In this document: positions 31,746-43,900 of the stretch, piece after piece | Numbering within the stretch: position 1 is the first letter of the stretch | How the letters are laid out: each line of letters begins with the position of its first letter | Virus record (IMG/VR): IMGVR_UViG_3300018475_001835 | Origin: an uncultured virus (IMG/VR IMGVR_UViG_3300018475_001835) | Lineage: Duplodnaviria > Heunggongvirae > Uroviricota > Caudoviricetes | Length of the DNA stretch: 64,000 nt | Strand: one strand, 5' to 3' | Program-made: the position numbers and the translations under genes | Notes under the pieces: generated by a model | Told to the model about the DNA's origin: nothing | Databases searched by the model: none | Seen by the model: the letters and a program-made list of their open reading frames with translations, nothing else

Positions 31746-34700
31746 TTATTTTTTCATATCTTCTTCATAAATTTCATGTATTGTTGGCCATTTAACTTCA
31801 AGTATATCACAGCACTTACGCCATAATTCTATCATAAGTTTATTAAGCCCACCAACAAGAATTGGAGAACATATCATACGTCCATCTATAGCAGAACAAG
31901 AACTTATTGCATCAATAGGTTCATTAGGTCTAAAATCAGTATAAGGGGCATCTTCATTAGAATATAACGATTTAATAATATTCTTATTAGCATTAAGATT
32001 ACTAATCTTATCTCCTACACTAAGCTTATCATGATATTCCATATAGATTTCTATTAATACACCGTCTACATGTTTAAGTTTACCAATAGGCGGAAGCACT
32101 CCGGCTTCAGTTAATTGAACTGTATCCGAGTTTGAGCAATCTTTAACTACTCTTTTAAGTCTATTAACATCACGTTCATAATCAGTAATAATCTTTTTCA
32201 TACTATCGCTCATATTTTCATCTATTTCGCAAGTACGATAAATTTTAATATCTGAAATACGTCCGGTTACTTTAGACTTAATCACATTACGTCCAATTTC
32301 ACTTACATCTCCATCCTCATCATTAAGATTCTTAAGAAGAATATTAGCATCTTTTTCATCAAATGCATTTTGGAATATTAGTATAGGATCTCCCTCTGTA
32401 ATAGCTTGACCCTTTTTAGCTATAAATAAAATATTGGTAGATGCAGGAAGAACTTTATCTTTACATACTACAATATTAGAAGACATTGCTTCGGTTAACC
32501 ATTCGCTACATACACCTGAATCTTCAAAGCCATCTTCTGTTGTCATAATAGCAACTTTAGTAAGACAGCCTAAGTTATACGCAACTTGACCTGAACCAAC
32601 TCTATTTGAGAATGATTTATAATCATATGCTAATATCTGACCTTCTTTAACAGAACTTCCAACTTTAAGGTCTGTTTTTAATTGAAGTGTGATAAAGAAA
32701 CCACCATCAGAGTTCTTCATAGTCTGTTGGTCTAGATTTATATATTCTTTAGTCTCATCCTTATACGTAACTATCATATATTTATCTGTAATCTCTGTTA
32801 CTTTGCCAGACTTCTTGGCTTTATGACAATACATATCTGAAGTTAAATAAGGTAATGCAGCATCAGCACCTGTGGTAACAAGAAGCGGTGTACCATATTC
32901 AATAGGGGTTGTATGTTTAGAGGTCTGAACAAATGTCATATCATTACGGAACGGGTCATCAGAACTTACAGCATAAGGTGATAATGCTTCAGTCATACCA
33001 AGAGTATTAACAACATTCATTTCTTTCTCACCAGAACGTTTAAAATATCCTCTACCGCCTTCAATATTAGGATTGATAGTTGTCTGTCTATTAACACCAA
33101 CTGTAGATGCGAAACCTGTAGATTGTGCAATAATATTTATCATACTATCATCATATCCACGTTTTTCAATCTTATATGCTCTTTCCTCATTCATACCAGT
33201 AACACCTTTGGTAGAAATCATATTCTTAGATTCTACTTCAAGAAGTGGTTGGAATATAGATAAGTCTGATGTCGTATTTTGTTGTAAAATAATATCAATC
33301 ACAGCAGATTGTTTAATTGATATTGTTGCCTTTCTACCATGCTTATTCTGTAAAGCATAATCTTTATAAGCATCAGAAAGAACTCTATAAAACTGTGCAG
33401 CTATAACTTCATTAGTTCTATAACGATTAGTACTTAAATCAGTATGAGTTGCATACTTATTATCAACAAGAAGATTAGATGCATATATTAATGCTTCATG
33501 GTAATTATCAGGTAAATTATAATCTTTACAAATTTCTTTTGTAACTGGATCAAACATCAAATCTTTAAAGTTATCTAAACCGTCAGATTTAATTCTTCCA
33601 CCGAAATTATCCAATATATTCACCCATGTCATTTTAGAGTTAATATCAGCAACAGAGTAATCTTCTGTATTACAATCTTTAAGACCATTCATAAGCATTA
33701 ATGAAGAATAATTAATCTCATAATTAATATAACAATCGCTAAGTTTAATATAATCATATCCAAGATTTCTATTTTTCTTTTCAGAAATATCATATTTAAT
33801 ACCAGCAAGATCCATAGCTTTAGTTAAACCTAAATCATGAGCTAATATAACAATTATTGGAATATAAGTATTAAGAATCTTAGCTCTACTATAAGTAGAT
33901 TTCTTAGCAGCACTTTGAGACTCAATTAACTCATTAAACTCTTTATCAAGAATAAGATTAATAATAAATTGGCTTAGAGTCAATCCATCTTCAGTTCCAG
34001 TATAATAAATTACTGTTCCGTCGCCTTTAACAGCTATAGGTAATCCCTTATTAGGATCTACGCCTTTAATAGCTCTAATCTCATCTTGATTAAAGTATAT
34101 AGTTAGCGTATCTTTTATCATTTTATCATTAACTACAATTTTAGAATATGTATCTGCAAGATCTATATAGTCGATTGGTAATTCATACTTCTTAGAAATC
34201 TTACTATTATCACCAGTAGTTATAATAATATTTTTACCCTTATATTTTTTAAGAGCTTTATTTAAGATATCTGTATATGGGTTAGTTTTACCACTAGAAG
34301 TATAATAAGTAAATACAAAAAGTTTATTATAAAAAGAGCATATCTGTACAGTATCAGCATCTGTTTTAGATATAGGGATAAGTGGCATTTCTATAGAGAA
34401 AATCTTCTCATTACCACGAAGTCTCATAAATCTATCTTCTCTAAATTTAGGTATATCAAATTTAAGAGTAGAACGTTTACCAGAATAATCCTCACATTTT
34501 ACAGTATATGTATAAACAGAATCTTCACTTGTAGAAGTATCTTCTTTTTGTATATCAAGAATACTTACAGGGAACTCTTTATTTACATCTGATAATGAAT
34601 TAAGGCATTTTACAATATCAGCATCAAGATCATATTCTTTCTCGAAATTAACTGCTTTAAGATGCTTCCATTCATCATTAATAGTTTTGATAGGTAATGC

Positions 34701-36143
34701 TTTCTCTGGTAATTCTTTTACTTTATTAGATTCATTAACCATATCTTTAACAGATTTACCTTCAAAATTCTTTTCCATAAACTGATCTTGAGCTTTAACT
34801 ATACGACTAGCTCTAGCAGCATTAATTCTTCTACCATCATCCGGATTATCTTGTAAATCAGATATAATTCTTTTTAAATCATTATCAGCTTCAACTTTAT
34901 TAAGAACTTCTTCTTCATCCTTAGCATTTTGAGAAGCGTCAACAATCTTCTTAACCATCTCAGCTTTCTTAGCTTCTTTTTCTTTATCTACTTTTTCTTC
35001 AGGTTCAGATTCTTCTTCTTTATTAGCTATATCTTGTTTAATCTTTTCTGGTACATCATCAGCATTACCTGTAAGGCTATGAACAACAATACCTTTATTT
35101 GTTTCAAGCTTATTTATAATACTTGTAGCAATACCATTTGCAGAACTATCTGGTTCATCTGAATCATCAATAGTTTCATTTACATCATTAAGAACAGTAA
35201 TAAATCTAATAAATTTAGTATAAGAATATTCATCAAGATTAGATGTATTTAATTTAAAATATCCATTTTTTCCAAAGAAAATAAAATCAATACCATTAAA
35301 TACTTTAAGATCTTCTAAAGATAATCTCATCTTTTTATAGAATACAGAAAGAGGATTAAGATTCTTAGTATAATCAAATATTTTAGTATTCTCTTTACCA
35401 CCCCATCCATATACGGGAACAAATACTGTCTTTTTAGTATATCCTGCTTTATCTATACGCTTATCTAATATAAAACGTCTAATAAATTCAAAATACATAT
35501 CTACACTTTTAGTTATAGTAAATGTGTTGTTATTAAGATATACCTGATTATAATAATATAAATCAATAAAAGTATTAAGTGAATTATATCTATCATAAGA
35601 AGTATATGTTTTCTTTATCCAAGGATTTTCTCCTTTAACTCTTTTATATAAATTAAGAACTTCTTTATTATTACGAATACGATCATTATAAAGAAGATTT
35701 CTATATTTTGTATTATAACCTGTTGCTTCATTATAAATTTCTTCATCATAAAGCTCATTAAAGAAAATAATTTTATTACCTAGCTTACAATATACTTCAT
35801 TAATAAGATCCTCATTAGGATTATCATAATTAAGCACATTTGTAGTTTCAGTAAATACTGTAGGTTGCTCGTTAATAAGTTGAGTGTAATCATTATGATC
35901 TATTTCTAATAATCTAGATTCATTATTAATAGTATACATAATATCTCTTTCAATGTAATAAGAAATAAATGAATTATTTTTATTGACACAAAACTTATTA
36001 TTCATTAATTCTTTTGATATTTCGTAATTTGGAGTAAGTAACAAAATAGCAGAATTGTGCTTTTTATCTGTATAATCTATCGGTAAGTATACATTAGGCT
36101 TCTTATATAGCTTCATATACTTTAAATCATCAAAATAAAGCAT
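31746..36143 (-). CDS. Phage multisubunit RNA polymerase beta-like subunit (probably virion RNAP) with long N-terminal extension
   Basis: Beta motifs DDPFRNDM..VQTSKH (cf. DDANRALM..NMQRQ), DGFEDS, VGDKISNLNANK (both conserved Lys), IDGRM. Start moved to ATG 36143, which has SD aaggagg. Confidence 0.85.
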   Translation of the reverse strand: MLYFDDLKYMKLYKKPNVYLPIDYTDKKHNSAILLLTPNYEISKELMNNKFCVNKNNSFISYYIERDIMYTINNESRLLEIDHNDYTQLINEQPTVFTETTNVLNYDNPNEDLINEVYCKLGNKIIFFNELYDEEIYNEATGYNTKYRNLLYNDRIRNNKEVLNLYKRVKGENPWIKKTYTSYDRYNSLNTFIDLYYYNQVYLNNNTFTITKSVDMYFEFIRRFILDKRIDKAGYTKKTVFVPVYGWGGKENTKIFDYTKNLNPLSVFYKKMRLSLEDLKVFNGIDFIFFGKNGYFKLNTSNLDEYSYTKFIRFITVLNDVNETIDDSDEPDSSANGIATSIINKLETNKGIVVHSLTGNADDVPEKIKQDIANKEEESEPEEKVDKEKEAKKAEMVKKIVDASQNAKDEEEVLNKVEADNDLKRIISDLQDNPDDGRRINAARASRIVKAQDQFMEKNFEGKSVKDMVNESNKVKELPEKALPIKTINDEWKHLKAVNFEKEYDLDADIVKCLNSLSDVNKEFPVSILDIQKEDTSTSEDSVYTYTVKCEDYSGKRSTLKFDIPKFREDRFMRLRGNEKIFSIEMPLIPISKTDADTVQICSFYNKLFVFTYYTSSGKTNPYTDILNKALKKYKGKNIIITTGDNSKISKKYELPIDYIDLADTYSKIVVNDKMIKDTLTIYFNQDEIRAIKGVDPNKGLPIAVKGDGTVIYYTGTEDGLTLSQFIINLILDKEFNELIESQSAAKKSTYSRAKILNTYIPIIVILAHDLGLTKAMDLAGIKYDISEKKNRNLGYDYIKLSDCYINYEINYSSLMLMNGLKDCNTEDYSVADINSKMTWVNILDNFGGRIKSDGLDNFKDLMFDPVTKEICKDYNLPDNYHEALIYASNLLVDNKYATHTDLSTNRYRTNEVIAAQFYRVLSDAYKDYALQNKHGRKATISIKQSAVIDIILQQNTTSDLSIFQPLLEVESKNMISTKGVTGMNEERAYKIEKRGYDDSMINIIAQSTGFASTVGVNRQTTINPNIEGGRGYFKRSGEKEMNVVNTLGMTEALSPYAVSSDDPFRNDMTFVQTSKHTTPIEYGTPLLVTTGADAALPYLTSDMYCHKAKKSGKVTEITDKYMIVTYKDETKEYINLDQQTMKNSDGGFFITLQLKTDLKVGSSVKEGQILAYDYKSFSNRVGSGQVAYNLGCLTKVAIMTTEDGFEDSGVCSEWLTEAMSSNIVVCKDKVLPASTNILFIAKKGQAITEGDPILIFQNAFDEKDANILLKNLNDEDGDVSEIGRNVIKSKVTGRISDIKIYRTCEIDENMSDSMKKIITDYERDVNRLKRVVKDCSNSDTVQLTEAGVLPPIGKLKHVDGVLIEIYMEYHDKLSVGDKISNLNANKNIIKSLYSNEDAPYTDFRPNEPIDAISSCSAIDGRMICSPILVGGLNKLMIELWRKCCDILEVKWPTIHEIYEEDMKK

Positions 36144-36167
36144 AATTTTCGTCCTCCTTTTCAATAT

Positions 36168-36179
36168 TATTAATTTGTT
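36168..36179 (-). promoter_or_regulatory. Putative late promoter AACA-N6-TA
   Basis: Minus strand AACA-aattaa-TA just upstream of the RNAP SD. Confidence 0.65.
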
Positions 36180-36225
36180 CAGTGGCTCTTAATATACGTA
36201 TTTTGTATAATTTAAACATATGTAA

Positions 36226-36237
36226 AACAAAAGAATA
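36226..36237 (+). promoter_or_regulatory. Putative late promoter AACA-N6-TA
   Basis: AACA-aaagaa-TA upstream of 36261. Confidence 0.6.
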
Positions 36238-36260
36238 AATATTATTAAGGGGTAATTATT

Positions 36261-36545
36261 ATGAAAAAATATTTTTGTGCTTTATTTAAAAATTTACAGT
36301 TGCAAATTGCTGTACAAATATGGGCTAAAGATAGAGGAACAGCTCAATTAACTTTAATGGAAAATTATATAGCCAGTATAAAAAATAATCCTGATCTTAA
36401 AGATATTAAGATTGAAGCTAAATATACCAAGATATATGCAGTTGAAATTACAAACGATAAAGATTTTGTAACATATGATGATATTAAACGTATGATAGAT
36501 GAAATAAAATTTATTAGAGGTGGAAGCGATGGCGAAAACTCATGA
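36261..36545 (+). CDS. Hypothetical protein
   Basis: 94 aa, SD aagggg, first gene of an overlapping run. Confidence 0.65.
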   Translation: MKKYFCALFKNLQLQIAVQIWAKDRGTAQLTLMENYIASIKNNPDLKDIKIEAKYTKIYAVEITNDKDFVTYDDIKRMIDEIKFIRGGSDGENS

Positions 36546-36708
36546 TAAGAAGAGAGATTTTATTCAGTTATTAAGTATGATGAGTGATACTGAAATAAAT
36601 GATTATATTAAAAGGCATGGCAAAGGTCCAAAACCTGTAGTCATGTGTGTTATAGTAGATAAAGAAAAAAATATACCATCGGAGGAAAATAAAAATGTTG
36701 CAGTATAA
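36529..36708 (+). CDS. Hypothetical protein
   Basis: ATG 36529 preceded by agaggtg; overlaps both neighbours. Confidence 0.6.
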   Translation: MAKTHDKKRDFIQLLSMMSDTEINDYIKRHGKGPKPVVMCVIVDKEKNIPSEENKNVAV

Positions 36709-36928
36709 ACGTCCTAAGAAAATTAAAGGTGCTAGAAAGAAAGCAAGAGAAGAGATGATTGAAAGATTATCACTTGCTTATCCTATGTACTTTGAAGGCA
36801 AAACAGAAAGAGAAGTAATTCTTCTTGTTGGTGCTTTTAAAGGTACTGGAATGGCCGATGATCAATTTCCTAGCTTCTGTATTTCATATGAAGCTAAAAT
36901 GGAACAGAAATTAACAGAAGGAGCTTAA
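36695..36928 (+). CDS. Hypothetical protein
   Basis: SD ggagg; 77 aa. Confidence 0.6.
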   Translation: MLQYKRPKKIKGARKKAREEMIERLSLAYPMYFEGKTEREVILLVGAFKGTGMADDQFPSFCISYEAKMEQKLTEGA

Positions 36929-36929
36929 T

Positions 36930-37211
36930 ATGATAAAAGTTAATAATAAATCTACTTACGATATAAAAGTATATCATGTTAAAAATTGTAAAGTGTCTAA
37001 CAAATATGATTTTACTGGATGCGTATTAAATGTAGACGATGAACCTATAATAGAATCTATTAAAAGAAAACTTGGTCTTAAAGGTCATATGCTTCTTTGC
37101 GAGATGACAAATGAAGGATTTGACTACGATATTGTTGATTTATTTAAAGTACCTTTATCAGAATTATCTCTTGGTGATATTTTATTATTAGATAGTAAAA
37201 TAAAAGCCTAA
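36930..37211 (+). CDS. Hypothetical protein
   Basis: SD aaggag; 93 aa. Confidence 0.6.
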   Translation: MIKVNNKSTYDIKVYHVKNCKVSNKYDFTGCVLNVDDEPIIESIKRKLGLKGHMLLCEMTNEGFDYDIVDLFKVPLSELSLGDILLLDSKIKA

Positions 37212-37249
37212 ACTCACGTAGATCGAATGTATAAAAATACACAGCGTAA

Positions 37250-37261
37250 TACATTTAAGTA
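37250..37261 (+). promoter_or_regulatory. Putative promoter, TACA-N6-TA variant
   Basis: TACA-tttaag-TA upstream of 37293. Confidence 0.45.
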
Positions 37262-37292
37262 ATAAATATTATTAGTCTGGGAGGACAAACTT

Positions 37293-37823
37293 ATGGCAAA
37301 TAAAGTATTAGAATTAGTAAAAGAAATTGATGAGACAAGATCTCAGCGTTCTGCATCTGCTAAAGATGAAATTAGAGTTATGAGAGCAATGCTCAATGAT
37401 CCTGATTTTGTAGTTGATGTATACGGTAAAGGCGGAGTAATTGGTCAGTATTGTCCATACGAAGATGCTCATGCAATGGCCGCTAATATCATTAAGGGTG
37501 CTACAAAAATGAGCACTAAAGAAGCAGAACATCTTGCATCTACTTATGAATTCACTAAACAGGATGCAAATACGTTTATTAATATCTCTAAAGAGTTTAT
37601 TAATACTTACGTAGAAACAGGTCGTAAACTTCCGTTAGGTGGAAGAGAGAAATCTAATATTTCACTTTCTAAGAAAGTTAAAGAAGAGAGAAGCAATAAC
37701 TTTCCTAAGAAAGTTGGAGTTAATGATGATGGATCTGATAAATATGAGACATGTGGTGAGGGTACAATTCCGTCACATAACAGCTTGAGAGTACATTCAT
37801 CATGCCCCTCATGGTTGAAATAA
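37293..37823 (+). CDS. Hypothetical protein
   Basis: SD ggagg; 176 aa; followed by a terminator. Confidence 0.75.
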   Translation: MANKVLELVKEIDETRSQRSASAKDEIRVMRAMLNDPDFVVDVYGKGGVIGQYCPYEDAHAMAANIIKGATKMSTKEAEHLASTYEFTKQDANTFINISKEFINTYVETGRKLPLGGREKSNISLSKKVKEERSNNFPKKVGVNDDGSDKYETCGEGTIPSHNSLRVHSSCPSWLK

Positions 37824-37847
37824 TTTACTATTATTTAAGCATAAATT

Positions 37848-37875
37848 TAGGGTAAGGGTTAATTCCCTTACCCTA
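37848..37875 (+). terminator. Intrinsic terminator
   Basis: tagggtaaggg-ttaatt-cccttacccta. Confidence 0.8.
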
Positions 37876-37931
37876 TAAATTTTGCCTTAATTTAACGTAA
37901 ATTGTAACTTCGGATATCTTTCTATACCTGA

Positions 37932-37943
37932 AACATATTAATA
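37932..37943 (+). promoter_or_regulatory. Putative late promoter AACA-N6-TA
   Basis: AACA-tattaa-TA upstream of the tape-measure gene. Confidence 0.65.
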
Positions 37944-37977
37944 AATCTAACGAAAAATGAAAGGAGGATGAAGATTT

Positions 37978-40900
37978 ATGGCAGTCAATTATTTGAAAAA
38001 TGTTATGAAATCTGTTGCATATGCAGCTTCTGATACATTTGATAATCTTACTCCGGCTTTAAAAGAATTCAAGGAAACCAATAGGGATTTTACAACAGCT
38101 ACTTATGCTACTTTAAAAAATCCAAAAGCCTTTGTTAAAAGACAAGTTAAAGCTGTACAAGAAAGCAAATTATATCAAGCAATCGAATACGGTGCAAGAA
38201 ATATTGTTGAAGATCTTCGTACAGGTAATTTCTATAACAGAGAGCGTGAAGAACGTGATGAAGCTAAACTTGGCGGACTTGATGCTGATAGCTGGGATGA
38301 TCTTTCAGAATTTGGTATAAGCGATAATTGGGAGAAAGATGTCAATAGTTCTAATGAAGGTATAACAGCTGGTGATAAAGCAGTAGTCAAATCTATTGAA
38401 AAGTCAAATCAAGCTGTAGCTAATACTACAGTTAATGCTATTATAGCAACATCAGATAGAGAAGTTGCAACTAGTAAAGCTAATGCTGGTATGGCTTATA
38501 TTCAGAATGAAAGATTATTCGGTGGTTTGCATAAAGATATGACAATACTTGGCAATACTATGCATCAGATGTATAATCTTCAGGCCGCTTCATTACAAAA
38601 TATAGATAAGAATTTATCTGATTACTTTACGCAGGAATCAAAACTTAACGTAGAACGTAATAAGATTTTAGCAGAAATGCTAGAATTGCAACGTAATATG
38701 TATAAGTCTGCTGATGAGAAAACTAAAGCAAATCAAAAACCCTCTACAAAATTACGTTGGGGGGATATCAATACTAATGGTATAATTGATATTAATAAAT
38801 ATTTTGAAGTAGTTAAGAAAAATATTAATAATGAATTAGCAGCACATATGCCTGCCGGCTTTGGCGGAGATGATGGTAATATGCTTGCTGCAATGATGAC
38901 ATCTCCACTAAAATTTGCAGTTCAATATGTCGTAGATGGTATTATTCCTGCTACGGTGAAACAAGCTTCTACAGAGCTTAATAATACTATTTCAGGTGTA
39001 TTTGGTACTATCTTAAATCGTTTAAATAATGCTAAAGGTAAAAATGGTATCGCTGGATTTTTAGCTAAATTTTTAGGTGTTAATCTTGGAGTAAATGCAA
39101 ATATTGATACGTCTAAATATGAAAAAGGACCTGTTCCATTTGACGGATTAACTCGTAAAGCTATTATAGATGTAATACCTGCTCATTTAAGACGTATCGA
39201 AGCCGCTATTACGGGTAGACCAGAAGAAGTATTTGATTATCAAAATGGTAAATGGGTTACCATGGATAGTATCAAAAAACAATATAAAAATATCAAAACC
39301 AATGCTGAAAAAAGTAGCACTGCAGATATTATTGATGAGATGTCTTCTGGTATAAAATCAGAACGTGCATCTATTGGTAAAGCAGATGGTTCAAGAGGCG
39401 AAAAAGATTTCGATAAAGCCATCGAAGAGTTTAGACAATATTTATATTTAGTCGGCGGAGATTTCAATCCAAGAGCATCTGCCTCTAAAAATGGTATTAA
39501 TGCTAGCAATTTTCCAATGCTTAATAAATACTATGATAGAATTGTATCTGTATTTAAGAATACCAAAATAAGTACTAGGATGCAGATAGCTAATAGAGTT
39601 AATGATGCTAGAGAATCTGCTAATAGAATTTATAGAGGTGCAGAGACAGATCCTACAAATATCTATCAAACTTATTTTAGTTCACCAACAGCAGATACTC
39701 ATGGTAAATGGAAAGATGATGGTAAGACTTTTGAAGCTTATAATCTTTTAAATAAAGAAGATAAGCGTGGAAATTCTGTTTATGATTACTTATATAATAT
39801 CAATAGAGCTCTCATTACAATTGGTTCAAACGGAGGTGGATTTGGTACTGCGTCCGGTGTAAAAAATTCAAGCATATCTGCTGAATTATTTAAGGACTTT
39901 GAGCCAAAAAATAATCTAAATAAAAAAAGTAATGACGAATGGAAACAAAGACAAGCTGCAGACGCGAAAGCAATGGAATCAGCTAAAAAATTAATAGAAA
40001 AAGGTATTGCAGTAGATGGTTTACTTTATGAACAAGATCCTGAAAGATATTTGGAAATTGTTGGTAATTTATATGAAGCTCAATTTACAGATCGACAAAT
40101 AATTGAATTACAAAATATTTCCAGTGAATCAGCACTTTCTAGATTTATGAATAAAAAAGTTTATAAAATAAATCCTAAAACTGCGAAAGAATTAGAAGAA
40201 GCTACAAAGAAAGCAGAAAAAGAATCTGAAAAAGGAACTCTGGAAACGGAAAAGAATAAATCATTTCTTAAGAAAGTCTCTGAAAAGATTGTTGGAGAGA
40301 AATCTATTTTAGGAGGCATAGCAAGTGCTTCTGCTGAATCATTTACAAATATTCTTACTACAGCTAATAGAGCAATCTATGACATGATGTTTAAGTATGA
40401 AATGGATGCTGATGGCGATGGTAATAAAAAACACTATAATGGATTTGTTGAGGCTTTAGTTGGAAAAGCCACTGACAGTTTTAAAGCTATCGGTGAAAGA
40501 TTTAAGAAAGATATCATTGATCCTTTTAAAGAAAAATTTGGTATTGGCGATGATTTCAAAGATAGATTTAAAAATAGCCTTACTGATAAGGGCGCCAAAT
40601 TATGGAAAACATTTAAAGATTCTAATAAATCTGTATATGGGCCTATATTGGATCAGATGAAAGTTGAACTTGGTATGAAGCAAGGCGAAACCAAAGCTCA
40701 GCAACATCGTGCTAATAATAGAAAATCAATAAATTCTAAAATATATAAAGTTAATAATGCTGAAAATATATATGATAATGAATTTTATGAAATTCTTAAA
40801 GATTATGGATTAAACCCAATAGATTTTGCAGATAATCCTGCAAAAGCAAAAGAAGCTATACTTCCTATTTTATATGCAGATTTATTGAAAAATACTAATG

Positions 40901-43900
40901 GGTTAAGAGAAACTAATAGAGATAAAAATACCATAGATAATGCATTTAAAGGTATGGCTTCAAATCCTGAAGAGATGAAGAAATTTGCTGATTCTATTGG
41001 ATTTTCTATTAAAGGTAAAACCACTGATGAACAAATAGATTCTCTTAAAAGACGCTTTACTAAAATAATAGATAATGGCGAAGGTGAGAGAAGAAAACGT
41101 GAATCTGTATTAGGTATAAAAGGTGAAGAAGGAATCTCTGCAAGACAAAAATTTGCAGAAGAACTTGAATTTACCGGAAGCATAGAAGAAAAGCAAAAAC
41201 AACTTGTTGCTCTTGCTAAGTATTATGGAGTACCTATTAAAGATATTTCTAAATATGATAATGACGATGCATTAAATAAATCATATATTAGAATTATTGA
41301 AAAGAATAATGCTAGAGGCACTATGGGTAGCCCCTTAGCCCCTGGCTCTGTATCATATGTTAATAATCATGAGTTTGCATTAACTCCAAGTGGTATGCAT
41401 AGACTTCCCACTGGTAAGGTTAGATTTAGTGAACCAACTCATATTATAAACTCTGAGCAGTCTCATGCTCTTGGACTTATAAGTGGCCCAAAACGCACTA
41501 ATGCTCAAGGATATGCTTTAGAAAAAGCTGCTGCTAGAGCTAATGGTGATACTATCGCTAGCCATGCTGATGGTACCAATATGAAAGTTGGCAAAGATGG
41601 TAATATGGATGCTAAAGAAATATTATCTGAAGCTAAGAAATTTATACCTGAGGCTGCAAGTGGTGGTCTTATAGGTGGTATTCTTTCTATGGTATTAGGA
41701 TTAGCTGGCGGTCCTTTAGTTGGCGCTGCTCTTGGTGCCGGTGGTTCAATCTTAGCTAGCTCTGATACTCTTAAAGAAAAACTCTTTGGTAAAGCAGGAA
41801 AAGATGGAAAACGTGAAGGTGGTATTGTATCAAAAACCATCATGGATAAATTCCATAAATACTTCCCTGATATGACTAAATATGGTCTTGCTGGATTAAT
41901 ACCTGGTTTATTAACTCCTCTTGGTCCTATTGGCGGTATCATGGCTGGTGCTGCTTTTGGTTATTTAAAGAATAATGAAAAATTCACTAATAAATATTTT
42001 GGTGAAGAAGGCGCTTTCCATATTAAATCTAAAGATAAGAAAATTATAGAACAGTTAATGCCTGGAGCTGCTAAAGGCGCTGCTGCTGGTGCTATTGCTA
42101 CATTATTATTACCGACTCCATTTGGTTTTCTTGGTAATGCTGTAATAGGTGCTGGTCTTGGTATGATGGCTTCTACTAATGATTTTAAAGATTTAATACT
42201 TGGTAAAGAAGTTGATGGAGAACGCATGGGTGGTATTGTAGGTGCGTTTAAAGATGCATTTAAACCATTCGCTGATTCTATGAAAGAAGCTGGAAGTAAA
42301 TTAAAAGATTCTTTCGAAGCAAATATAATAGACCCATTAGGTAAACTTATAAAACCTGCTATTCATGCATTGCCTATAGCACTTGGTTCATTACCTAGAC
42401 TTTTATCTAAAGCATTTGATAAATTCTTTGGTACTAGAATAGGCAGAACTATAGAAACTCGTGTTAAGGCTTTATTTAGTAAACCTGCTAAAGCATTAGG
42501 ATGGGTTGGTAAGAAAGCAGCTGGATTAGGAAGTGGAATTATGTCATTAATCGGTGCTCCTATTAGGGGCGCTGGTGACAGGCTTAAAGCATACAATGTA
42601 CGTCATGGGAACCTTATGGATGAAGATGCACGTGATATTGTAGGATGGATGGATACGCAACAGGAAAAGAAAAAGTTAGGCAAAAGAACTCCATTATTTA
42701 AAAATAGATATAAAGTATCTTCAACTTTAAGAGCTGTTGCTGGAATTGGCGAAGAAGGCGGTATGGATATAGAAACTGCTGAAAGTTTAATGCGTAATTT
42801 AGAACGTATGAATGATACTGAAGCCACTGCTCAAACCAGATTTAATAAAGAAAAAAAGAGCATTAATAACTTATTAACAAGCTATGAATATCGTGAAGGT
42901 AAAAAGATATCTGATAAAGCTGTTAAGAATATTCTTAAAGCTGCTAATAAAAAAGATTATGATGAAATATCTAAAATATTACAAAAAGAAGGTCTTTCTA
43001 AAGAAGAATTTAATACCTTCATGGAAAAGGGCGGTTTAAAATCTGCTGTTTCAAATGTTGCAGATGCTCAATTTAGATTGAAAAATATAAAAAATATTAC
43101 AGATAAAGATGCTGGCAAAGCTGCAGAAGAGCAATTACGTGCTCTAGGAATTGATCCTAAAGATCTTAAATTAAATGATAAAAGATCAAGAGCCGAGGCT
43201 GCACAATTAATTAAAAATCAATTACAGTTAGTTAATCCTGATAAAGTATTAGATTATGAAACTAAACTTGAAACAGAGAATAATGAAAATATATCAACTA
43301 TTACTGAAAAAGTTGGTAGTATTGATGAAGCATTTAAACAAATGCTTGATATTCTTAGAGGTAAAGATGATAAAGTTAAAACTAATCAAGAAAAAATTGA
43401 AAGCAAACTAAATAAAGGTATAAATGCAGCAGATGAAAAATATACCGAAACTCAGCAAAAAGCAGAAGAAAAAATTGCTGAAGTTTTAGGTAAAGGTGAA
43501 GTTGAACAGTTAAGCAAAGAAGCTAAAGATAATTTAACTAGAACTACTAAAAAACGTAAACGTATTAAATCTTATACAAAATTCGGAGTTAATGCTGCAA
43601 ACGCAACTGCTGATGATTTTAAAAATGCTAGAAAAGCAACTTTCAATTTATTTAAAAGAATTCCTCAATACGTAGTACGTAGAATTACTCCTGAAGCTCA
43701 TAAAGTTTTATCTAAATATACTGAAGCTAAAGCCAATAGAGTTAGTAAAGCATTAGGATCTAAATATATTAAGCATATGATTAAATATGGTAATTATAAT
43801 ATAGATCCAGAAACTTTAGAGGTATTGAGTGATACTGCATATACTAGAGATTTAAATACTATAGGCCCTGTTTTAGTTAGAGCATATGAAAGTGGATATG

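Noticed and set aside
36144..36164. ORF-track TTG start for the RNAP gene
   Set aside because: That stretch contains the SD itself; ATG 36143 is correctly spaced from aaggagg.
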